A stretch of DNA of 55,165 bases, taken from contig MEDY01000039.1 in NCBI GenBank assembly GCA_001724265.1, positions 62,001 through 117,165 on the forward strand, given 5' to 3'. Origin of the DNA: Rhizaria sp. SCN 62-66 (lineage: Eukaryota). Numbering within the stretch: the stretch's first letter is position 1; every line of letters starts with the position of its first letter. Shown here piece after piece: positions 22,901 to 27,785 of the stretch. Below the pieces are notes generated by a model. The model saw only the letters and a list, made by a program, of their open reading frames with translations, ran no database searches and was not told where the DNA came from. The translations under genes were made by a program, and so were the position numbers.

Positions 22901-24365
22901 CAACGCGGAGTCCCATATGCGCGGAAACGCCGAAGCCGTTGCTGCTGCCGCCGCTGCCGTTGCTGCTGCTCTTGCTGCGCTGTGTCTTTGCGGCGAGCGT
23001 TAACGCGCGTGTGCGTGCAGTGTTGTAAAATGTGATTTCCGACTGAGACAGCGGGACAAAGCCAGCCTGTTGCCGCAGCACACGCAGCGCACTCAGAGTC
23101 GTGTCGCTCGCACCAGTGCAGTCGGTACTAGAAGGCGCGATATTGCCCGTCGCGGCATCAGGGGCGCGGCGCCCACGCTTCTTCTCGGTCTGCGACGACG
23201 GCTTCTGCAAACCAAGAGACCGTGATCCGTTTGATGCGGACGTCGACTGTAACAGCGGAAACGCGTATTTCGCGACATCGATCGCAAGCGGACGCGCAGG
23301 ACCGTGAAACTCGCTCTGCAAGATGTGCGACAGCACAGAGGCGGGCGTGACTGTGAGCAGCGCCGCGGTTGTAGCGTCCTGGAGCGGGGTTTCGAGAGGC
23401 GCAGCAGCGCTGCTTGCAGTCAAATCTGCACTCGCACTAGCAAATGCAGCACCCGTCGCCACCAGAGCAGGATCAGTAGTTGCGGGCGCAGCAGCAGGAG
23501 AGATAATGCTGCCACCAGTGGCCGCGGCGAAGCTCATGAGCCCAGGCTCCACAGCATTGCAGTTCGCTGTGAGCAAGTGGAAAGATACACCGCGCTCCGC
23601 AGCAAGCGTAGCCAAAGTGTGCGGACCGCTCGCAGTCGCACCAACAACCACACTGCCACTTTGAGCGTTTGCATTCGCGCTACTAGAACTCGTTGTAGTG
23701 AAGTGTGAAGTGACAGGGTTGAAGCCGAGCTCGTAGTCGTGGCCCTCGTCGCTAGGCGTTGTCGTAAGCGTGTGCGCCAACGCTAGCGGCAGCGGACGCG
23801 TCCACAGAGGCGCAAGCGTTGTTGCTGCAGTGGCTTCGCTCCCCTGAGCAGTGAGCGGTGACGCGGAGGCAGTGATAGAGGCAGACGTGGAAAGAGCGGG
23901 GAGCAACAACACAACGCTCCGCTGCGCGCGAGAACGGGCCGCGACAGCCAAAGCATGCGCAACTACGGCGTCAGAGGCAAGCAGGGACGCGGCCGGAAGC
24001 GCAGCGGCCGCAGCGGGCGTCGGCGCGGCCGCTGCAGAGCGGATCTGATTGCTGAGGAGAGGTAAATCCTGTAAGCAGAAAGGACGCGCGACAAGCACAG
24101 CGCTGAAGCGCGGGCAGCCGTCGGTGCAGCGGGAAATAAACGACACGGACAGCGCTGCCACGGGGGTAGTGTCTGCAGCGGGGGCGCGGGAAATGCAGGC
24201 GTGGAGTGTGTCGCAGAGCAAGGAGAGCGCGCGAGGCAGCAGTGGGGCTGAGGCCGACGTAGACGGGAGATCGATCAACGCGTGGTAGTGCATGAGCGAC
24301 GACGCATCACTGCTTGTGACAGGGATATCTCCGCACAGGCTCAGTGCGGACGCGTGGTGCGCCAT
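1932..24365 (-). CDS. SZT2: SZT2 (KICSTOR complex scaffold) homologue, ~7,477 aa, single exon, heavily expanded with Ala/Ser/Gly/Thr/Gln low-complexity inserts
   Basis: Stop-free 22.4-kb ORF; first in-frame ATG at 24365, TAA at 1932-1934. Colinear islands match my recollection of SZT2: RSVRLQEGY, INQQCLLAKLYRTRRCSALLVP, PGSLACS...PVHDRV, TVTNRRGLYV, LRARLQSATL...KISCNDLDAL, VYTLNWSP, DNILHQKIGLFSH, WQRDIVWAAL and C-terminal FVNRVHHFLWTYLL. Confidence 0.82.
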   Translation of the reverse strand: MAHHASALSLCGDIPVTSSDASSLMHYHALIDLPSTSASAPLLPRALSLLCDTLHACISRAPAADTTPVAALSVSFISRCTDGCPRFSAVLVARPFCLQDLPLLSNQIRSAAAAPTPAAAAALPAASLLASDAVVAHALAVAARSRAQRSVVLLLPALSTSASITASASPLTAQGSEATAATTLAPLWTRPLPLALAHTLTTTPSDEGHDYELGFNPVTSHFTTTSSSSANANAQSGSVVVGATASGPHTLATLAAERGVSFHLLTANCNAVEPGLMSFAAATGGSIISPAAAPATTDPALVATGAAFASASADLTASSAAAPLETPLQDATTAALLTVTPASVLSHILQSEFHGPARPLAIDVAKYAFPLLQSTSASNGSRSLGLQKPSSQTEKKRGRRAPDAATGNIAPSSTDCTGASDTTLSALRVLRQQAGFVPLSQSEITFYNTARTRALTLAAKTQRSKSSSNGSGGSSNGFGVSAHMGLRVVALTNDDESTSGGCEQGDCEHWTLPVSEDSVLVCSLTVTRGASSATAVPTVTVMFTLVTSATAAQQRPRSLQLPRSRPAAEAASAAAEAAVAAGWGWSALPRSDAHKNSNENTASESERPALKALVLPTVTAIWRSDAATVATVGATTTAVQATAARITKCPCASQSLREQKSQQQKRDNGGDSVDGGKLTIAAAVAAFSVAQSSLPLPLLRTLYHSRQVTVSTTGHLGSDQCYAAQQRTGMALADAGAGVVAAIANAFLTVNRRTVNTRFLSDSNQGTVAKSTSQAAPLDTGKPRSLSRPRVAESNDGHITAAPHVVEKYPAASIVAHETHAISSLYSVRHTVTPWLLLLLLRTLKQWANAGWHPQARVFATTLPAPTTFANTASPTVTVAQQQVVLLTVTHAGPHALTLRLWQPRWGPGASSGLTSNANIRKRRDDAVSATLSAVMTAVAAARMRVRWGSSLVFLCETSDEKTVTEVNADSNSAAVASPPIAEDEIDTKPVTLKQSFLSLTVPELARIPAEDTTAAVTSAEPTQVRNNTGDDNSANSADADTRSGSPAAAVTSLAHTLTVASTSTSATNTATTAAHVPATVPTGATESTSSAAVSNGSSNGNGSEVGTNSQKHGSSDSDTPVNTEAKPNDKIKAVVITAVSDSSSATVSAHATAAAKRFRPRAVGVRACPSRVRSRSQPPAPATHAPPVAVASAARTGQNNAAAAVVSLSDAVLCHPCCPGLKRAPSCADAEAELEVDRKAQAEAAAASAANAAAAAKAAAASAAVAEKASLASGVVESVVRQSPPAPATRMLGRMMSSVLPLPNIAPSESYTAVAIAGDTLYNSNSSSALAITVTEPGTVEAAADAESKSSRARGDKSSRNRDHSAKRESKRNESKNSKGRAQSPATARKRATVTAAAVGLDASNASAEPGSVECNCGLHHSHTASGNAFDSDHLTVSAASAALAALPLPLYWPSALGQSLLEIEQTVAPLAAIDTAACDGLYGQSLPYLGKSRTAGELLAAAALSAGAVAQEWDWHCSSLSAAAELLPLLRSVRLQEGYIMLAPGRISASDFNSIGDCEQCVMVKYIPVIANASVNMKTPLTATVRVCYTVTVSPVSTHTTTDGSSANSSSTALVLVDPSSRHARNHGRSNSGGGEGAMWRVHTRLWVEVLSAYSAHIDGSVDVANAVDGDYKKDNAGVDRKSGLHSNGSSVYVPCESLPLLLHSWTRAADARAATVLSTVATLNTDADNNDCFPSLLQNNGDAITSAFPMQNVTGELELTPAFLACPPPLSRSGNATLATHGGALYADPSAVTVGKAVTKLTHYTADVTTKHSSAANALQTLFFSKANITSVQIEDNNSGLSELGEDTSAVNAVVDVSSDIDFIRSELACLATCPTAPAALFPGPPRPVPPAAGSAAAAEDAALARYHALLSSAVTVDVMLPVPSQPHSAGANANAGLDAADASVRGAHHAYLSHSLIALVSAMCPLALVPNRLYARPVSDAAVLLCALPHAMATEPAVTAGAGTDALAHSEPGAAAERAVVFVGFAPSSSPSSGADAGAAPQASPPAGSHTANSNSTVSGMLAPTAGTQIAPTAPTVTRVRLYFVSKEDLACSRAHASALLPWALRSLNANATTAAPLLAPGDPALAPLLLSPVASLFFRAQMRGLDLPSSSPATLRTFINSTFPFTPALLARLRLHHDSLRLSAFALGLRKGAAVRRSELLSALALTVAAVAEVDVAILQAAVSPNAPAGAAAALIAAVPAATAAVAAAAAAVAPHNHPNAGVNVDSDAAAAVVDAGVRHLSTRAARAAAPSLFAAAARGSMRRLGQSVQRELAAQGFERVRGTELFALTVPLPLTAAAGTGATMGTGVGEALVEEDEDGMPAVMMPVFLRLEAVADVPVAPATSATSVQETAEIAAPANMGSKIETRVLTVTDGYVIPAAGAALGLPSLTGGSTASHINSAGAPAAATQASASGVRLRVVLYSLSAHRTVAPQNGEAFERDPLPPCCHRDDDEGERDHNGALKPKSTSAAVSGGASEVLTDKWVYHWDANVPRVYLDSPQSDATHSRAAGTAGVNASVGNQRQHHSLNTEECIHPCVSALARRLSTRISALVADEALLKLLDIAFPLGANSSTSSSVTTAAAATAMSNSIDTSAATVAATETVNNGATTLSTDTINSVFKYLKQLSAPAAYSFRLPITFLPAAREHALTLLPSAVLRATSLVYRHGTNAALDISNVFSGAGDDAAAAAAAAAAAEESGAALQFSAVHYQGRPMLYLNPPSRSSTSGTPATTAGASAIEKGSSARPFWLFIDTHDSMRPGTLPPPLPTLPAVLPAAFDLADLPLWTGATSATAGNSSSSNVSSSDDVMCQSCHMDSALTATLSPAAAAAAAAAASITPSSTKSVATSNVNNSAAQTQTGQNSATVSSSSSSGSGYSSNSEPATSSDETPDCEADKVDLDLRPSALFDPITPHVVYVSVYLHTTLLPLQYVDRILSQTLTALLAAVRIINQQCLLAKLYRTRRCSALLVPPPPAVAPTDASQVQSPWDAFASSHGASSLRRLIFEQKQAAMVPPTPTATTGNRGKLTGGATTRAPRRTTAAAAAATAAAAAAGMDLGAGGGFAFGRRREYEDERRREVLVSGVIASRFMATPPQPSPGSLACSLSCLCLIPVHDRVAGDALRSLASSALFPLTVTNRRGLYVHRDDAVGEVSYFHVAALHGPAVLDALGTPVEAVPGQPLALSVSQALLRSQRGSFVTTIDEHDMVTAVSTFQDDTNSSSGGSQQPLSAGPLRRKTRGLTAMPTMGTAATSFVIVRVCSLRRPGTGVTVSLMQSLRARLQSATLAALAAAALVPGPRVKISCNDLDALCPAGTVPAAVALLPLGIPQARPAASTGAGGAAGRRRRKALDAAAAAAAASGGSTASDGDATTTDAESTTAATAADGAKSTSDETAPLVVKDPFLFLSLLRHQLEHVLRPIAVATTDRRSLRPSASSTAGDASTAPTAATGAVGVGAVGAGSEWSLFPDCVPESLRIECEHDDHTDSDANSEVSVLSTSSRTSTGSAGIRTLPVPLLQNTLPVPSGDGFPSPAARACGGHLASSLPQNQLMFTYCRTSGGKGAADSASATAAAAGSAVGTASTAAATAVATATNAAAAAAAAAVANTGSASSSGGGTAGTAADLSGRFFGTGLALVTVSLVRRDGTAPIASAPSVATSLIESVMTTGQICTTPSPTSSTTAADNSNSTAASTGGALTLAHILTGGPLTQQRLARSVLPPASLPVSAASDGAGAGAGAPQSLLTQPAATSAVLEDFSDRAVLIVERTPTVTARGEAAALASEERLTVQRQRARRQRQRDRHRRSVETAASAAASVAAAEAAAGGRTRLSPGSKSRGLLSSSLLPLSQLQRTSPDGLSLQGSFLHSNTAPAPPLPPLPLGIITIVPPFNPTAAPTLVLPDAAHGHSTAVALSAAAAAEAARGLHDHGGHGTQSGGVPAPRLAATVAGTVAELFARDHSIVLLEPQQQQQQQQLAQSQTSTALAVAGSVTSGSVAAANSGSGFRGSSHSSSGNVSSSSIARALAGASASISATSASSTAATTAAAAAAAAVAAGDTISPTASVGAALLRCDPGFSHLLLPLGGPQIALRRLAPAPLPRELFIGGVGVCAAVVASRAWRKLRRARARRAALAKAKQVDANDAATGTVVESDDEEDDDDVTAVIGYGDFALPSAMSSPANSTMGATVSGCRHVVRTRPRVSPLLKRAHQRGFVATLASAAEAEATALSAAAAADAAAANSAAVEASAAATAAAAAALASAGGSRSSRRGASSASSSFGSSLHATSNSASLTSGAGSAVGSGSSHSSSSSSTAAIAAAAAACAPYVAAAAAATANAAAATATALAADTAAAAVRSWSAGTLGEYALVIEVVTTADSADEHSASMAFGGGNASAAAGQTTATASTGVDAAALLQRVALAADHALHDYLAETLLWEQRLAVTRLMSSALTAPVAAGSPSQTSSSSSLIVAAGSTADASAVSSFAATASPVASAAAATSPFAGALSAVPGAAGMTAQQQQQKAAAAAAMAGGRGRFMPPALSRMIRPQPQQIARPPAPAAVVSATATPVSELSLTTTAAPAPSAPTAKPPAAGSSNSAQKPAPALTAFGDRILLPLLDVLSSAVHQHSPSVQRATARVALPAWAIDAALPTFADAVAAGSTVAAAALPPPGAAEALLAPPIAVVLESATRTFDSPKVRLVKTDCGWWAPATAEEAAAVLSPPPRLSSDGHTSAARSPNASSRGVGGNTGSGIGTAGAKRSAGKGGSYNGLRRGGTAVLDSERTVAILAGTGLEALLAAVGFKAAADAAAVATAAAAAAAVSCEGAPLSPQSLFSSPSSQTSTGSGRSSATGGAAAAAAAAAAAAVPAGAALAFRDAYIAATSPSSHSNTAAHAAQQQQHGGVGARRAAAAAAVATNAQQRGSISGGHTRSASPARSGVSGSSGTSGAQSRGAFGSSRTAATATGSVGAPPLHHHSGGHVDVAVHLGGFHTDSKLTLFPPVIVPAPIPSMFANSNTAASDATGEHGSVHSHGHSAHSHGHSSGKQRSVSLPRHTASLLLLRGHRLTVYTLNWSPAAVTALVTRLNKLLAWAGTRYNLTDNILHQKIGLFSHCNAPPPLLSVPVRGTATLSPEQAMALSARAEARNATAAAFLAAMKLERFAKANGLTVAATVARKRKPAAAAAAAAAAAAAQNNNARGGATARFGANSSVGSALIENERAILLSQVDSLRDAAAAAWARVNELEGAPRPYFTFANIGSYVVFPEPPKTERARRALWHLAGWALPHAAAATAAAEGAITVRVAHGGDGGAGALFAWLCGSVLTRTGTNTVPAGTKATVPSGAHMTGNSASNVSSVSGAVSGTTLLTDAGAAIEEYSPTDILTQITAAPSAAAAATSAATPVAQASPLAVTESSLCERVDSYAALTTAQIHAACSWGTGGLRTPDSTAARTLVKRAPFTRALQALAADELRALWCPTGPLRRIARAIEEVKPRVRAEVQPTQNADNTSTALVPAALTTSAVRYIRGRAFAGGFERLPMDLAQRHVAAAMLSLRRLDREQMSASAGVVLIARAEALWSAHKFSSNLAQYPGLTESESAAAAAALRGALATRTLQQQILPALPLRMSMGFITRVRAAISAQPATPTSISAPTSAPNVAAAGTASAAPAARVHTAAGAASDLPSLSATYTGVMTAGVVPLSRATWLPVLAQQSRVCGSYRAPVYSPFARPVTPAAHGCAHKPPTLNTATATESSESARVRADVAWSRRALLRFVEHLVSRIGAIVIAFDDTVDTKNEVEGYTIEPLPSANLQSPSASAGAQSSVATSAGSAAASSTAAAAAAARLSVSASAGALNAAAGGAGAGVTARGARIPVMQTLRLLNRGRPGMAMPGTAMSAHTLQQQQQQQQAQQQQQEQQQAQQLQQQQQANATTAAATSSGTTAAASENATTVMVGSSRRFFLSKIVYGASVLIEVSLETHAPLSRSLSDSSNTAIAECGDRFIATTVMLPPLPFDAVRSKAFDQHQDKAYRTSHLAATARAAPTALPPPSLSSMAAAAAAAGFPPLAGVVTFCFNSLMRLAGLPQQIVPGVYPSLLALAPPAALAAHLSAAFARAGADKLLLARPANAYAESSLDGGSIVPLKYLAVMSVASAETGKDRPSEALLIRALTVPALTRTKRARGGSSTVGRTGGCGAYTVVTTGMGPIVFIENLTSEVLREHDHIRCRTQFPDLFGPPPPSRSQLLTLQQAKQLQRSGVVVNVTAPVAAGAGAAALLPPVPLPARRLVRPPVPSAHGHSTGPGGGGGGGMANAGGVIASGGCTTALAAAAPVSTHDMRRMMRAVVFEAMVEQCTALVPLLPLATPAVVALPPKTNVASVPTNPDTCRLISANSGSTGSASSSVGASSDSGSCSAAHDELQSGLESAVAAAAPIAALFPTLRSLAGWASGSHPSGVDSVCIKGDAHTPLLPPSPSLLPSSTNTAANSTASAVCASGVSNSADNAAFAVLAPVVLTSILPGASNSNNDASVSNFSNGFTQSHAALSRPPAAEAAAAEAAAAAFVRFATARAGEFGLTARADPSSPCHAGPLLTAALTVTAASGGVLCGVRVPPLLAVTSGSANNSGKEDVSLLLRFAPRAVAIEGGKVRWGVGVEWVLTVTWAPLTVPAMDGNSNAATSASNETTSAATAKTRVFTAVSDTAVDITAAKAAAVSAYDKLPLSAPASVSAYTCDKSQQQQLTGGRHDRATVLHSALVATFAPALARALSAALRRMFALWQRDIVWAALAGAAARTPLLTVTLATRQAPTVAQCSGSGAESDRSECKCNCDSCTCSRSLSTPSAVGLCPVSAVSQQLVARPLELVVQTEPINIALAAAVALPANPALAPPSLHSPSSAAMDGSSVSDSGARVLPSALLLRALAALCPRRAITHYDPALSALATLTALTPHSDLVRSFTAHATHTAANTVATAAADAAAAGLATADAAAALAAIAAGAAAGGAAGAGADRMPADWGRVLARAVAISASANVFWHAFATAMRVAYSANATVTAVAATVARAGADAARNATKAHRAYSRSVTAAAKPNGSNASSNASANSGAAANSTGGGWGQRFESQQVSRSLYPGAGAQFGVVGNNSLGGGYQTTTKSRTAAATPRLSLSVSARRLSASPVLADYRNTIESVPLYQRIRHLSVPGQEHLFILHPRLPSLMLHVIITLAHTPTAATTAASGSVVATTGAVAGGGALPMPPYAPAVANSSYSAMSAGAPLQVFVCRRRRVASEWQYRAPRPQRTAALARAQARAQQRQQLQEQQQQQSQQPPPLSPMSQQQQQPQQLQRGVHQRHQGQRYSSGLETAVRDDFYDNRNQAVRSNFNAPFSAASGINTASGAPQRAPSTAASSSSSSDRKKEKDEDERLWSLAEAEDEEVWDGVEDDGDEDDERDLVEEFVNRVHHFLWTYLL

Positions 24366-25083
24366 GAAAGGTGCACGGTGTGAGCCGGGCAGGCGCACGG
24401 AAGAGGTGGTACTCGAGGTTTGGGTGAACAGCGATTTGCTGGGTATAAAAGTATCTCTAGCACGGTGTGGTGACCGTCAAACACTCTGCGAGGAATTGAT
24501 CGAAAGAGAAAACAAAAAGTTAGAGTACATGTTCAAATTATTATTCCACGGACGATACCACCATGTCACTGCACATCTTTTTCTCTTAGTAGCTTGTCTC
24601 CCGTGAAGATGTCGCCCGCCAAGTCTCGCATGACTGCTGTGAAGGTAGTCACCTTTTAGCAAAGCTTTTGAGATAAAAATTCAAGTGTGAATCATGTAAG
24701 TGCTGCTATTAAATGTGCCGTGTATTGATCTGTGCTTGTCAGCGTGAACATTGTCAGCATGCGCGCAACTACTCCGTTTAAAAACACATATAAAAACATA
24801 GGAGGAGCAGTGTTACGCACATCCGCAACAACACCAAAACAAAGCAGATTAATCCTCTGCAAAATTTTCCTTTTCTTGTTTGTTGGTTGATGTGTTAAGT
24901 GAAAACAACATCCTTATTAATATTATTAATAGTGAAAATAATACCCATATCTTATCCTATTCTTCGATTTATACCTTCTAATATCATAGCGGCGAGAAGC
25001 GATTTCGGCACTCACTCCCCTTAAATACGATCCTTCCTGACACAACACACCCATCATCACCATTGTTTGCACGAGGGCTTCGC

Positions 25084-26406
25084 TTACGCGGTGCCGGCCG
25101 CCGCAGCCGCGGCCTTGGCGGCGTGCATCTCGGCGAGACGCTTGCGCTCGCTGGGAAGGAAGTGGCGCTCCGACAGCACGACCTTCTCCACCTCGGCCTT
25201 GGGGACATAGTACAGCGACGTCTTCTTATGGATCGACACGGGCATCTGCTTGCCCGTCATCGCCATGTACCCGACAACCATCTCGCGGCGGCGGCGCATC
25301 ACGGCGCGGCCACCGGGCTGCTCTTGCGTCTCATCGCGCAGCCCCTGCGTCGCGATGTCGATCACGAGGTTCTCCGGCACGCGGATATCCCCGCCAGGCG
25401 GGCTCAGGTCCATGTCACCGCGCAGCGCGCGCATGGCGTAGCGCCAGGCCGCGAAGTTAGCCTCCGGGTGCGGCTCATGCAGAACGATCGCGTCCGCGCG
25501 GACGCGGTCGGCGCGAGAGACAGCGTTGGCCTGGCCGGGGGTGGTGTCGTGGCTGGAGACGGCGATGCGGGCCGTGAGCGACGGCATTGAGTTGGCGTAG
25601 ACCGAGCGCCACGGCTTCTGCAGCACGCCCGATTCGACGGCGGCCTTGTACACGGCGAACGCGGTGTCGGCGTCGCCCGTGCGCTGGTGGAAAGCGACGA
25701 TGGCCGACTCGACGTTGGGGTGGCGCTTCTTGGCGGCCTTGTCGGCGCCGGAGGTCTTGCCCGTGACGTGGACGGCGTCGTACTGCTTCAGCGCGGCGTC
25801 GAGCAGCGCGCGGTCGCTGCGGTAGACGGCGATGTCGAGCGCGGTGACGTAGAACGTCGTCGCAGGCTCAAGGTTCAGCTCGGCGGCGCGTGCGAGCAGA
25901 GCGCGCGCGGCGGCGGCGTTGCGGCAGGCGCCGGCGGCAGGCATGAGCGCGTGGAGATGCTTGACGGTGGCGGCCTGGGGCGCGACGGCGAGGAGCTTCT
26001 TGGTCAGGATCGGGTGGATCTCGATGGCGACGGAGGCCGGGAAGGACGGGGTGGGGAAGTGGCGCAGGGAAGCGGCGATCTCGGCAACCGCGGTCTCGGT
26101 CTCGGTGGGCGCGACGGAGCCCAGACCGAGGGCCTTGAGGTCGGCCTCGGTGAAGAACTCGGAGCCGTCGCCGGCGGCAGCGGTCTCAGACGCCGAGGAG
26201 TCGCTCAGGAACGCGGAAGGGAAAGGGTTTGACTCGGCGTCGCCGAACTTGACAGTCTTGGGTGAGCCGTGTTCGTGGTACAGAGCGCGCGGCATCGACG
26301 ACACGGTGGGAATCGCCAGGGACACGCGGGCGGCGACGCGGGAGGCAGCGGCGGTGGAGGTGGCCGCGAGAGCGCGGGCAGCGCTGCGGAGGAGAACCGA
26401 AGACAT
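25084..26406 (-). CDS. Mitochondrion-targeted PPR-like helical-repeat protein with degenerate SMR-like C-terminal domain (440 aa)
   Basis: Arg/Ala/Ser-rich, acid-free N-terminus; 35-aa unit TVKHLHALMPAAGACRNAAAARALLARAAELNLEP plus two further PPR-like units; strong C/G-ending codon bias; ATG...TAA. The ORF is secure, the domain calls are by eye. Confidence 0.6.
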   Translation of the reverse strand: MSSVLLRSAARALAATSTAAASRVAARVSLAIPTVSSMPRALYHEHGSPKTVKFGDAESNPFPSAFLSDSSASETAAAGDGSEFFTEADLKALGLGSVAPTETETAVAEIAASLRHFPTPSFPASVAIEIHPILTKKLLAVAPQAATVKHLHALMPAAGACRNAAAARALLARAAELNLEPATTFYVTALDIAVYRSDRALLDAALKQYDAVHVTGKTSGADKAAKKRHPNVESAIVAFHQRTGDADTAFAVYKAAVESGVLQKPWRSVYANSMPSLTARIAVSSHDTTPGQANAVSRADRVRADAIVLHEPHPEANFAAWRYAMRALRGDMDLSPPGGDIRVPENLVIDIATQGLRDETQEQPGGRAVMRRRREMVVGYMAMTGKQMPVSIHKKTSLYYVPKAEVEKVVLSERHFLPSERKRLAEMHAAKAAAAAAGTA

Positions 26407-27785
26407 CTGTGTTCGTGTGTTGAGTTAGCGGGTTGTTGCTGTTGTGCGCAGACTATGACAAAGAAACACGCGGGTGTGGCTCAACTGCAACGTGCGACAG
26501 AGCGGGGCGGCGGAGCGAGGGGAGACTGACTGACCTCAACGGACGCACGAACGCGGGTAAGCGAACGGACGGACCGGGAAAGGACGCGGTGGGGGTGGGG
26601 CGGGGCGAGAGGGGGTTGCGGGGATAAGAGAGAGCCTAAGGCTGCTTTCTTACTGCGATAGGGGAGAACAAGAGCGCAATTATAGTAAGAGAAGTGTGGT
26701 AAGTCAACCGAGAAGCGGGGCAGGGCAGAACAGCTGACCGGCGGCAGTAGGTAGTCATGTGGGGGCGGATGCAGACCGCAGAGCGCTGAACTTCAGAGAC
26801 GTGCGTACGAATGAAACCAGCGTCAATAGAAGTGTAACAAAATAAAAAAATATATTGCGCATCTAAATATGTAGATAAATCCTTATTTAGTGACCCAAAA
26901 GCGTGTATGATGAGCATGTGTCATTTTTGTGATCTTGGGTCATCTGACTGGCTGGCCAAGAAAGTTAAGCCGCAGGCACCGAGCATCAGACAACCGCCAG
27001 TCTGAGCATAACGAAAAAACATCATAACTGGACGCCATCAAGCCTCATGCTATTAAGCGCTTGATATGATATTTGAAATTGTCATTTCAGTATTGACCTA
27101 TTTTACGACATCGTTTTGAGACTGTTGATGCGTCAAAATCCCGGTTGGCTTGAGTCGGAAGTTGTTGTTCGATGCTGAACGCTCATTTGCCTAGTTATGA
27201 CAAGCTATATCCTCTGCTGTACACAAGTTGGCCTGGGTGTGTGTGTGCTTCTATCACGGTTGGATGATACGGATATGCGCTTATACTGCCGTTTAAGGCT
27301 CATATATTCTTCCTGCTGGCACATGTAAGCAACGTAACATTGATGCTGAACCACTTGTAAATGGGATATCTGACTAAAGATTCACTCAAGAGTGATTTTT
27401 AATAAACTAATATAAGAGACATGTAGTGGATCAGTACATATCGCAAAGATAGTTTCTCATAGCTTAGTCTCGACCTTCGTGCAGGACGTAACATTCAGCT
27501 GTTGAACACATTTGTTGTTTGTGGTTGAGTTTGACCGCCCAGATGTCTGCGAAGGCGGCGATCAAAGTTCAGGGTGTAGTGACACACGCATCCGTGATCC
27601 TGAAGTATTATAGCAATCCCCAAGTTTCAATTCAAGTAATACGAAACATACCTCTTTTTACCACTTCAAATCCTTTTGTGTAGTGCTACAGCCCCCGAAT
27701 TGAATCTACTCTAGCCGACCCAAGTTTCCTCGTTTCCACGGCTCCACGCCCCACGCGGTCTCCGCCACCGCACTTCTACCTAACG
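26407..27785. promoter_or_regulatory. Divergent intergenic region between the PPR-like gene and the CSB-like gene; probably includes a 5'-UTR intron of the PPR-like gene
   Basis: Head-to-head gene orientation; AT-richer; on the minus strand GCTAAC (branch-like) then ACACAG directly before the ATG. Confidence 0.55.

Noticed and set aside
2142..24288. Dozens of 60-480 aa antisense and alternate-frame ORFs nested in the SZT2 ORF (also in CFAP65 and BBS9)
   Set aside because: Expected from GC-rich, GCN-dominated coding sequence that lacks stops in other frames; no recognisable domains.
24366..24398. GTG start of the 7,488-aa ORF; also track starts at 29839, 36446, 38809, 48787 and 53601
   Set aside because: Eukaryotic locus: these starts are non-ATG, intronic or internal to an exon. 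Better ATG or spliced starts are given in the features.
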